Shown one piece after another: positions 18,852 through 26,699 of a stretch of 33,918 nt of DNA (position 1 is its first letter; each line of letters starts with the position of its first letter). Source of the stretch: Thermotogota bacterium (GTDB lineage: Bacteria > Thermotogota > Thermotogae > Petrotogales > Kosmotogaceae); NCBI GenBank assembly GCA_034660555.1, contig JAYEJL010000181.1:1-33918 (forward strand), given 5' to 3'. A program made the translations under genes and the position numbers. A model generated the notes under the pieces. It did no database searches, was not told the origin of the DNA, and worked only from the letters and a program-made list of their open reading frames with translations.

Positions 18852-19477
18852 CGGAAATAGATCACCGCGCCTTTCTCGATGTTTACTTCAACTTTATTGC
18901 TTATTGAAACATTTGATGTTCCAAAAGGTTTGTTAAAGGGCATCTTTTTTTGATTAATTTCGTGTTCAAATCCCTTTAAAGTTACCAGCGGAATGTTTTC
19001 ACCCACCGGCAGAATTGACCATAACTCTCCTTTTTTAGCATCCAATAAGTTATTGCCCGACAATACACTGCTTATTAAGTTTTCACTATTAAATAAAACA
19101 TTCATTTTCTCAGAATAGGAATACAATAAATAAATTGTTGTAAGAAAATGATCGGGTCTATCTCCCAAAGCATTTAACAATTGCACTTCGTTAAAACCCC
19201 GCTTATACATTTCATTTAGGGCAAGTTCTGTGTCAGTTTCATCTTTACTTGTTCCAAAACTCATTATTTCCACGTAGTTTTCCCTGCACCAGGTTAATGC
19301 TTTTTTGTCGATTGAATCAAGATCACCTATTAATAAATCCGGTAACATTCTAATTTCAAAAAGAAGGTTTGCTCCAGAATCAACTGCCACAAGATAGTCA
19401 GCTTCATCAATTTTTGAAATATAAAACTCGTCTGAGGAATCTCTTGATCCTCCTAGAATTAGTGCAGCTTTTTTCAT
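18836..19477 (-). CDS. thiN: Thiamine pyrophosphokinase
   Basis: AVDSGA, GDLDS, KDETDTELAL, GDRPDH and GTSN motifs. Confidence 0.93.
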   Translation of the reverse strand: MKKAALILGGSRDSSDEFYISKIDEADYLVAVDSGANLLFEIRMLPDLLIGDLDSIDKKALTWCRENYVEIMSFGTSKDETDTELALNEMYKRGFNEVQLLNALGDRPDHFLTTIYLLYSYSEKMNVLFNSENLISSVLSGNNLLDAKKGELWSILPVGENIPLVTLKGFEHEINQKKMPFNKPFGTSNVSISNKVEVNIEKGAVIYFRWLNK

Positions 19478-20625
19478 TTTTTATTCTCGATAATTCTACG
19501 ATATTTGTTTACTGTTCGCCTGGCCACTTTAATACCTCTTTCTTTCAGCATTTGTGATATTTCTTTATCACTACATTTTCCTTTATTTATAAGAATTTCT
19601 TCAATAGTTTCCATAGCTTTCTCTCTTTTTTGCATATTACCAAAAAAGTATCTTAGTGGTAGTACACCACGTGGAGTCTGAATAAATTTGTTTTTTACTG
19701 CTCTACTTATAGTTGAAACAACCACACCCAGATCATCAGCAATATCTTTCATCTTCAAAGTTCTTAGTTTATCAGATTTGTTAAGTAGATAAGTATGATT
19801 CGCTTCTACAATTTTTTTGCCAATAAAAATTAGTGTTATACGCCTTCTTTCAAGAGCTTCGACATAAAAGTTGGCTTCTTTTAGTTTTTTTCTTAGAAAT
19901 TTCTCTTCCTCACCTGAACCTTCATTTATAATCTTTTTATAATTATCATTAATATTGATTGCCAATCCACAACTTCCCGCTGTTACAATAAATTTCTTAT
20001 CTACATAATCTATGTATATATCAGGTTCTATGTATCTTACAGGTTTACCGTCGTCATATCCAGAAGAAGGATATATTCCTTTGCCCAAAATTCTTTCCAT
20101 TTCTGCTTTACTGCATGAGAAAACCCCATCAAAACCGCCATTACGAAGCTTTTCTATAACCCTATTTAATAAACTGATTCTGATTGCTGAACCTTTCGAA
20201 ATACTTTTAGTGCTTTCAGTCAGCATTCCGTGTCCGTCCATTTTGTCTTTCATTGCCTCAAATGCAGTAAATTCTTCTTTATCAAGTATTAGGTAGGCAA
20301 ATTCGCTTAACAATTCTGAAAATGATTTTCTTGGTCCTTCTATTCTTTCAAAATTCCATTTTTCGGTTTCTCTCTCTTGATTACTCATGTATATTGTATA
20401 TTCATCATCAGAATTGTATTTATCATCATCCTCAATTTTTAGCTCATCTATTAACTCGTAATCTTCATCTTCAATCTCCAACAATGGATTTTCTTCTACT
20501 ATTTGATGCAGCTCAACATTCAACTCAAGTGAATTTAGTTGTAAGAGTTTTAATGCATTCTGTACTTCAAGTGTTAATTTTTGACGTTGCTCTAATTTTT
20601 GAGACAGATCTTGTTTCATTCGCAT
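19474..20625 (-). CDS. rpoN: RNA polymerase sigma-54 factor (compact form)
   Basis: Q/L-rich region I ending ENPLLE, HTH STISRAV..K...TPRG, RpoN box VARRTVNKYR. Confidence 0.92.
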   Translation of the reverse strand: MRMKQDLSQKLEQRQKLTLEVQNALKLLQLNSLELNVELHQIVEENPLLEIEDEDYELIDELKIEDDDKYNSDDEYTIYMSNQERETEKWNFERIEGPRKSFSELLSEFAYLILDKEEFTAFEAMKDKMDGHGMLTESTKSISKGSAIRISLLNRVIEKLRNGGFDGVFSCSKAEMERILGKGIYPSSGYDDGKPVRYIEPDIYIDYVDKKFIVTAGSCGLAININDNYKKIINEGSGEEEKFLRKKLKEANFYVEALERRRITLIFIGKKIVEANHTYLLNKSDKLRTLKMKDIADDLGVVVSTISRAVKNKFIQTPRGVLPLRYFFGNMQKREKAMETIEEILINKGKCSDKEISQMLKERGIKVARRTVNKYRRIIENKK

Positions 20626-20761
20626 TTAACCACCCGATACAATTATATGTTATAACTTAGCTAATTTATAAATCTATTTAGTCCAACTAATATAATTTTA
20701 CATAATATATTTTATTAGACAAAAACACATTTTTTATAAATGAAATTATTCATTATTTAAT

Positions 20762-20776
20762 GTAGAATAATTATAA
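20762..20776 (+). promoter_or_regulatory. Possible PerR/Fur-family operator upstream of the cupin-fprA locus
   Basis: gTAGAATAATTATAA differs at one position from TTAnAATnATTnTAA. The region is very AT-rich, so a chance match is plausible. Confidence 0.3.
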
Positions 20777-20835
20777 ACTGTAATATAGGTGGTGATATTT
20801 TGATATACAAAGAATGTAAACGATAAAATAAAACT

Positions 20836-20857
20836 GGTTCTTCCACAAAGTATCTGA
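20836..20857 (+). repeat. ISL3 terminal inverted repeat (downstream end)
   Basis: ggttcttccacaaagtatctga. Confidence 0.85.
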
Positions 20858-21278
20858 CTAGAGCATCATAACCTTCACTTTGAATGGTATCGTTGGATAT
20901 GCCTTTGTTAACTACTTTCTTAGCACTTCTTGCACTCATGTTCATAGCGATCTCTTTGATCTTCTTGGTTAACCTGTTCGTTCTTCTTCCATATTTGTCA
21001 ACAAACGATAGTGTTTCTGAAAAGAGTGGTCTATTGCAGTCGGGGTTCCTACAAAAGAAGAGTCTCTTGTGAATTATGATCTTGACCATCTTCTCCTGAA
21101 TAGGTAAGTCTGAAATTGTCCTGGGATACACTGAGTGCACGCTCTTTGATTTCGCTCCACAGTAGGGACAGGTTTCTTCGACAGTGTCTCTCTTTGCATG
21201 AAGCTCTATTGTCTCTTCTCCAACAACAGCCTTGATAAGTACCAAATCCGAATCCAATGTTTTCAGTAGCTTTTCCAT
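20836..21278 (-). pseudogene. Truncated ISL3 transposase (zinc finger and start of HTH only, no DDE domain)
   Basis: ATG 21278 after SD AAGGGGGA. CPYCG..VHSVYPRTISDLP..FFCRNPDC..FSE..RRTNRL, then runs into the terminal repeat (FVEEP) and on into the flank to a stop at 20757. Confidence 0.85.
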
Positions 21279-21339
21279 TTGCTGAATCCCCCCTTGATCA
21301 AATAAGAATACCTTAATTGTACTCCTTTTTGTTAAGTTT

Positions 21340-21361
21340 TCAGCTTCGTTGCGGAAGAACC
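21340..21361 (-). repeat. ISL3 terminal inverted repeat (upstream end)
   Basis: Minus strand reads ggttcttccgcaacgaagctga. Confidence 0.85.
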
Positions 21362-21362
21362 A

Positions 21363-21641
21363 TTTTCTTGTTATCACAGGTGGTCAGTATATGATAGTCA
21401 TTCACATCAAGCGGTAGTAATAAAAATTGAACCAGGTGGTGTACTTAAACCCCACAAAACCCCAGTTAATATTTTTATCTATGTGATTGATAGTGAAGGC
21501 TTTTTTTCAGCTGGTAATGAAAAAGAGAAGCTTAATAAGAACGGATTGGTAGAAATTCCAAAGGAAATACCACATGGTATAGAAAACAGTTCTGGCAGCA
21601 GATTAACCGTAATGGTACTTAAGGCTCCAAAACCTCAATAG
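21363..21641 (+). pseudogene. Cupin-domain gene remnant lacking its start
   Basis: Frame reads YDSHSHQAVVIKIEPGGVLKPHKTPVNIFIYVIDSEG...EIPKEIPHGIENSSGSRLTVMVLKAPKPQ, TAG 21639-21641. No N-terminal in-frame start codon with SD between the IS end and the domain. Confidence 0.8.
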
Positions 21642-21656
21642 AAAAGGAGGCTTTAT

Positions 21657-22841
21657 ATGGGAATTAAAATCATGCCATAGGTAAAATGGGTTGGTAAGGT
21701 AGATTGGGAACTTGAAACATTTCATGGAGATGACTATTCAACACATAGAGGTTCCTCCTATAATTCTTATGTAATTGAAGACGAATTTAATGCATTGATT
21801 GACACTGTATGGGCTCCTTACGCCAGGGAATTCATAAAAGAGCTTGAGAAAGAAATAAATCTAGACGACATTGATGTAATAGTAGCAAATCACGAAGAAA
21901 TAGATCACAGTGGTGCACTTCCTCTCTTAATGGAACGCATACCGGATAAACCTATTTACTGCACACATAATGGCGTTAAATCACTTCAAGGCCACTATCA
22001 CAAAGTCTGGAATTTTAATCCTGTCAAAACCGGAGACAAACTAAATACTGGTAATCATGAACTTATGTTTATTGAAGCACCAATGCTTCACTGGCCTGAC
22101 AGCATGTTCACTTACATGACAGGTACAAATATCTTGTTCAGCAATGATGCCTTTGGTCAACACTACGCTACAGAATTGCTCTATAATGATCTGGTTGATC
22201 AGGCGGAGCTATATCAAGAAGCAATAAAATACTACGCAAATATATTGACTCCCTTTAGTACTCTTGTAAAAAAGAAGATAGAAGAATTTGCTTCATTAAA
22301 TCTACCTCTTGATATGATTTGTACCAGTCATGGAGTTATCTGGAGAGATAATCCCATGCAAATTGTTGAAAAATACCTTAGCTGGGCAGATAAGTACAGT
22401 GAAAATCAAATTACCATAGTATATGAAACCATGTGGGGCGGCACAAGAAGAATGGCCGAAGCAATATCAGAGGGCATAAAGGCAAATTCTAATGTAACTC
22501 TTAAACTACTAAATGCAGGTAAGGCCGACAAAAATGATATTATTACTGAAATTTTTAAATCCAAAGCCATATTGCTGGGTTCTCCCACAGTAAATAAGGG
22601 TATTTTATCTTCTCTAGCCGGTCTTCTTGAAGAAGTCAAGGGACTGGGGTTTAAAGGAAAGAAAGCGGGATCTCTTGGTACTTATGGCTGGAGCGGAGAA
22701 AGTGTTAAAAGATTAGAATCAATACTTGATGGAGCAGGCTTTGAATTAGTTACAGAGGGAATTTTTGAGAAATGAGAACCTGATGAAAATATTCTTGATA
22801 ATTGTAGAGAGTTTGGCCAAGATTTTGCAAAAAAAGTCTAG
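21657..22841 (+). pseudogene. fprA: Flavodiiron protein (FprA/NorV-type) with two in-frame stops
   Basis: AGGAGG + ATG 21657. MGIKIMP*VKWVGKVDWELETFHG (TAG 21678-21680), HxExDH, LHWPD, SNDAFGQH, flavodoxin domain, then EK*EPDE (TGA 22773-22775) continuing to TAG 22839-22841. Confidence 0.9.
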
Positions 22842-24346
22842 CACCTATTGATTTTCTTTAGCAAATCGAACACTTTAGAATAAGCACCAGTAACATCATG
22901 TATGGTGCAGCTTCTTTGATTTACATTAGCCATTTCAGCAGCTTTCCCCATAATGTAAGAACCCAGAGAGGCTGCATCATAACCATTCATATTTTGTGCC
23001 ATAAAAGCTCCTATAGTTCCGGAAAGTAAATCACCACTACCGCCCTTTGCAAGTCCAGTATTTCCTGTCATGTTCAGGCGTATGTCCTTATCTTTATCGC
23101 TAATAATTGATGTTGATCCTTTTAATATAAGAGTTGTTTCCCATTCACTGGCATATTCTCTTACCAATTCAACGTTGTTAATCAACTCATTTATTCCTTT
23201 GCCTGTTAGTTTTGATAATTCTCCTGGATGTGGTGTAATAACTGTATCATCAATATTTTTGAGTAGCTTCATATCACCTTTTATTGCCAAAAGTGCATCG
23301 GCATCTATTAGCACCTTTGATAAATCGAGATTTGAAAGCATCTTCAGTAAATCAAGTACAAAGTTCTTACTTTCCAATTCCCTTCCAATTCCAGGACCAA
23401 TCACAAGTACATCTACGTCTTTCATGATTGGTAAATCACTTTCAACAAGATTCTTTTTTTCAGAACCATAAGCAATAATCTGAGGGACATTATTTCTTAT
23501 TACTTTCTGTACCTTCTCTGGAGTATAAGTTATTACCTTTCCACAACCTGAAATAATTGCACCTTGAGCTGCCATTAAAGGCGCACCAGTATAAACTTCG
23601 TTCCCTCCTACTATCATTACCTTTCCATATGAGCCTTTGTGCCCCCATGGATCTCTATCGGGCAGTAGTTCTTTTGCTAGTTTTGAATCAATACATTCAC
23701 ATTTTGCGAATTTATTGATTATCTTTTCAGGAAAACCAATATTTTTAACTATCAATTCACCTGTGTAATATTTTCCTGGTTGCAAATAATGCCCAATTTT
23801 TGACAGTCCAAATGTTACGGTTACATCAGCTAAAAAAGCTATTTGATTTACTTCACCAGTGTTACCATTGATTCCCGAAGAAATATCAATGGCCACTCTG
23901 CTACATTTATGACTGTTTATCACATTAAACACATCTATGATTTTACTTGGTAATGTACCTTTAAATCCCGTTCCAAAAATTCCATCAACTACGACTTCAG
24001 AATTTTTTATATCAGCAATTAAATCATTAAAGTTATCGATTTTTTTTATGGCACCTCCAATATCAGCAAATAAATCACGGTTATGTATACAGTTTTTAGT
24101 TTTTGGATTTTTCCATGAATAAGCTATAACATCGTAGCCACTGACCTTCAATCGTCTTGCAAGTGCATAACCATCTCCGCCATTGTTACCAGGACCACAT
24201 AAAATCAGTACTCTTCCTCCGAATTTTTCTTTAATTACATTCATCACTTCAATTGAAGCAGATTCCATTAGAACAAGTGAAGGTACACCCATTTCAATGG
24301 TTTCCTTATCTATAGATTTCATTTCATCTGGAAATACTATTTTCAT
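22838..24346 (-). CDS. nnr: Bifunctional NAD(P)H-hydrate repair enzyme (epimerase + dehydratase)
   Basis: LMESA, GPGNNGGDG, DGIFGTG, HKGSYG, GPGIG, DADAL, TPHPGE and GGSGDLL motifs. Confidence 0.96.
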   Translation of the reverse strand: MKIVFPDEMKSIDKETIEMGVPSLVLMESASIEVMNVIKEKFGGRVLILCGPGNNGGDGYALARRLKVSGYDVIAYSWKNPKTKNCIHNRDLFADIGGAIKKIDNFNDLIADIKNSEVVVDGIFGTGFKGTLPSKIIDVFNVINSHKCSRVAIDISSGINGNTGEVNQIAFLADVTVTFGLSKIGHYLQPGKYYTGELIVKNIGFPEKIINKFAKCECIDSKLAKELLPDRDPWGHKGSYGKVMIVGGNEVYTGAPLMAAQGAIISGCGKVITYTPEKVQKVIRNNVPQIIAYGSEKKNLVESDLPIMKDVDVLVIGPGIGRELESKNFVLDLLKMLSNLDLSKVLIDADALLAIKGDMKLLKNIDDTVITPHPGELSKLTGKGINELINNVELVREYASEWETTLILKGSTSIISDKDKDIRLNMTGNTGLAKGGSGDLLSGTIGAFMAQNMNGYDAASLGSYIMGKAAEMANVNQRSCTIHDVTGAYSKVFDLLKKINRC

Positions 24347-24433
24347 GCTAATCCCTCCAAAAAAATTATATCACTAATAAATGACACTGTTTTAGTACAA
24401 GTAAACCCTATATTTAGATAAAAATTATGATTA

Positions 24434-24463
24434 TTGACTTTCTTTAATAAAAAGGTGTATATT
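24434..24463 (+). promoter_or_regulatory. Sigma70-type promoter TTGACT-N18-TATATT
   Basis: Both hexamers match consensus at 5/6. Predicted start about 24469-24470. Confidence 0.6.
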
Positions 24464-24466
24464 GAA

Positions 24467-24488
24467 ATTGGATGTCCGGACATCCAAT
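24467..24488. promoter_or_regulatory. Perfect 22-bp palindrome over the predicted transcription start (operator and/or 5' hairpin)
   Basis: attggatgtccggacatccaat is its own reverse complement. Confidence 0.7.
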
Positions 24489-24509
24489 CTTAAACCGGGA
24501 GGTGATAGA

Positions 24510-24554
24510 TTGGTATATAAAAGCAGTCTAATTGAGGTGATTTTTGAACCTTAG
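24510..24554 (+). CDS. Candidate 14-aa peptide MVYKSSLIEVIFEP
   Basis: GGAGGTGA at 24498-24505, TTG 24510, TAG 24552-24554. Confidence 0.4.
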   Translation: MVYKSSLIEVIFEP

Positions 24555-24586
24555 TTACCTTCCGGACTTAAATTTAGTCTGGTCAT

Positions 24587-24612
24587 GCCACGGCTTTGTC
24601 GTGGCCTTTTTT
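24587..24612 (+). terminator. Intrinsic terminator
   Basis: gccacggc-ttt-gtcgtggc stem followed by cTTTTTT. Confidence 0.8.
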
Positions 24613-24628
24613 ATGGGAAAATTTGTTT

Positions 24629-24637
24629 TGTTATAAT
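24629..24637 (+). promoter_or_regulatory. Extended -10 promoter for the Fe-ADH gene
   Basis: TGtTATAAT downstream of the terminator, 40 nt before ATG 24678. Confidence 0.6.
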
Positions 24638-24677
24638 TTATATTGAATATAATTTCATATCAAGGAGAGGTGATAAT

Positions 24678-25841
24678 ATGTATAAGATTACTTCATTTCT
24701 ACCAACGAGAATTATATTTGAAGTGTCTGCAGTAAAGAGATTACCAGAAGAAGCTAAGAAATTAGGCAAAAAAGCAATGATAGTAACAGGAAGACACAGC
24801 ACGAAAGAATCTGGTCTGTTGGACAGAGTAAAGAAGTTACTCAAAGATGCTGGTATAGAATCTATTGTTTTTGATAAAGTTATCCCAAATCCGCTGAGTA
24901 CTCATGTAGATGAAGCAGCTGATATAGCAAGGAAAGAAAATATTGAATTTGTAATAGGACTTGGAGGCGGCAGCCCAATTGATACCGCAAAATGTGTTGC
25001 GGTAGCTGCAATAAATGATGGAGGTATCTGGCGATTCGTTGATGTGGAAAAAGATGATATACCTGCAAAAGCATTACCAATTATAGCAATACCAACTACT
25101 CATGGAACCGGTACAGAGGCTGACCCATTTGCCGTACTTACCAACCCTGAAACCAAAGAAAAGATAGGTACAGGATATGATGTAACATTTCCTGCTGTAT
25201 CTTTAGTTGATCCTGAAGTAATGTTAACTCTTCCAAAAGACCAAACTGCTTATACATCCATGGATGCTTTTTACCATTCAATTGAAGCATTTCTTAATAT
25301 AAAATCAAACCCTTACTCTGATTTACTTGCACTTGATTCTATGAAAAGAGTTGTCACTAATCTTCCTGTTGCTTTTGAAGATGGCAGTGATATTGAAGCC
25401 AGAACAGAACTTACATGGGCGAATATTGAAGCCGGAATAACTGAAACTTTAACCGGTGTTATTGCCAATCATTGTATTGAACATGGACTGAGTGGATATT
25501 ATCAGGAGATCACTCATGGTCTTGGCCTTTGCATAACTGGGCCATATCTTTTTGAACATTTCTTTGATGATGCGTATCATAAACTTGCTGTTGTTGGCAG
25601 GGAGGTTTTTTCTGTTAACGAATATGACGATAAGAGAGCTGCCCGATTAATGATCACCAAATTACGCTTTTTCCAGGAACAATTCAATTTAAATAAAAAA
25701 CTCTCAGGACTTGGTGTGAAAAAAGATGTTCTTGAGAAAATTGCATCAACAGCTTATCGTACAATGAAAGGCATTGTTGTAGAATCTCCAGGTAATTTAG
25801 AAGAGAAAGATTTACTACAAGTACTTGAAATGTCTTATTAA
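24678..25841 (+). CDS. Iron-containing alcohol dehydrogenase
   Basis: GLGGGSPIDTAK, IPTTHGTGTE and metal ligands DAFYH/NHCIEH/THG. SD GAGGTGA precedes ATG 24678. Confidence 0.95.
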   Translation: MYKITSFLPTRIIFEVSAVKRLPEEAKKLGKKAMIVTGRHSTKESGLLDRVKKLLKDAGIESIVFDKVIPNPLSTHVDEAADIARKENIEFVIGLGGGSPIDTAKCVAVAAINDGGIWRFVDVEKDDIPAKALPIIAIPTTHGTGTEADPFAVLTNPETKEKIGTGYDVTFPAVSLVDPEVMLTLPKDQTAYTSMDAFYHSIEAFLNIKSNPYSDLLALDSMKRVVTNLPVAFEDGSDIEARTELTWANIEAGITETLTGVIANHCIEHGLSGYYQEITHGLGLCITGPYLFEHFFDDAYHKLAVVGREVFSVNEYDDKRAARLMITKLRFFQEQFNLNKKLSGLGVKKDVLEKIASTAYRTMKGIVVESPGNLEEKDLLQVLEMSY

Positions 25842-25857
25842 GTTAGATTTGTTTATT

Positions 25858-25885
25858 AAGAAGAGTCCATTGGGCTCTTCTTTTT
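25858..25885. terminator. Intrinsic terminator after Fe-ADH (convergent genes)
   Basis: aagaagagtcc-att-gggctcttctt followed by a T-run. Confidence 0.75.
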
Positions 25886-26600
25886 ATTCAAATGTTTTAT
25901 AATACATTTCCTTGAATTTACCGAAAAAATCTGTAGTTTCCATAAAATCAACTTTTTCAAACTCAAACAGTAACCACTCTTTTTTGAATCTTTCAGAAAT
26001 TTTAAGAGTTTTGGGAAGAGGTAGAAATCCATTTCTCTTACTAAATGTCAAATCAATATTAATCATATTTGGAACGTACCCTCCACCACCAATAAGACTT
26101 AGAAATCTCATTCTCGTTTCATCTGGAACTATACGATATTCAACCTGGTTTTGATCATCTACAACCATCCATTTGTAATTTCTTTCATCAAGTAACCCAT
26201 CAAAAAAATTTGAAAGTATGTTGGCAATTAATGTAAATTGATTTTCCACGCGATATTGCTTCCAGGGGTCTCCTTTTACGACACTAAAAATTATATTCTC
26301 ATTATTCAAAAACACAAAACCAATTTCTTCTAACTCCTCAGGTTCACTGAATTCAATAAACCAATTACCGATATTATCTTTCTTAAAATTAAAAAACAAA
26401 ACCACATCAATAATTTCATCGTTATCTTCCTGTTGCGCAATATGAAAGGTAACCCTTACATCCATATCAATAAGTTCATTTTCTGATAATACAGTTAAAA
26501 ATTGAGTCAATGTACTGTAATCATTTTCTTTGTTGGCATTAACAGCTAACAAAAAAACAAAATTTGATAAAATTAAGCATATAAGTATTATTTTTTTCAA
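25884..26600 (-). CDS. Secreted hypothetical protein, possibly LolA-like fold
   Basis: GGAGG SD + TTG, signal peptide MKKIILICLIL..., beta-rich sequence with FSEPEEL. Fold call is tentative. Confidence 0.6.
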   Translation of the reverse strand: MKKIILICLILSNFVFLLAVNANKENDYSTLTQFLTVLSENELIDMDVRVTFHIAQQEDNDEIIDVVLFFNFKKDNIGNWFIEFSEPEELEEIGFVFLNNENIIFSVVKGDPWKQYRVENQFTLIANILSNFFDGLLDERNYKWMVVDDQNQVEYRIVPDETRMRFLSLIGGGGYVPNMINIDLTFSKRNGFLPLPKTLKISERFKKEWLLFEFEKVDFMETTDFFGKFKEMYYKTFE

Positions 26601-26699
26601 GTTTATTCCTCCATAAAAAAGTATATCAGAACATCTTTATCGAAAATAAAATCAGTCAGGTTAGTCAAGTATAATATAAATGGAATGGGGGTGTTCTAA

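Larger units (their letters stand above)
20836..21361 (-). mobile_element. Internally deleted (non-autonomous) ISL3-family element, 526 bp
   Basis: 22-bp terminal inverted repeats beginning GGTTCTTCC at both ends (18/22 identical) enclose an N-terminal ISL3 transposase fragment. Confidence 0.88.
24469..24612 (+). ncRNA. Candidate structured small RNA / small-peptide mRNA
   Basis: Bounded by a promoter and an intrinsic terminator. Three-way junction at 24495-24565 found by manual folding. No known family recognised. Confidence 0.5.

Noticed and set aside
21678..22775. Pyrrolysine/selenocysteine or genetic-code reassignment explaining the fprA stops
   Set aside because: TAG and TGA end many intact genes here, the TGA falls at a Trp-type position, and the operon is IS-damaged.
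24511..24525. Sigma-54 promoter-like TGGTATATAAAAGCA (also TGGCAC near 6833)
   Set aside because: GG-GC spacing is 9 rather than the required 10 nt; the 6833 site lacks the -12 GC.
24552..24572. Minus-strand GUCCGGAAGG resembling SRP (4.5S) RNA helix 8
   Set aside because: The invariant flanks (CAGG before, AAGCAGC after) are absent, and promoter and terminator point to the plus strand.
24469..24612. Known riboswitch or T-box controlling the ADH gene
   Set aside because: No TPP, SAM, B12, Moco, fluoride or T-box consensus seen, no convincing antiterminator, and ADH has its own extended -10 after the terminator.
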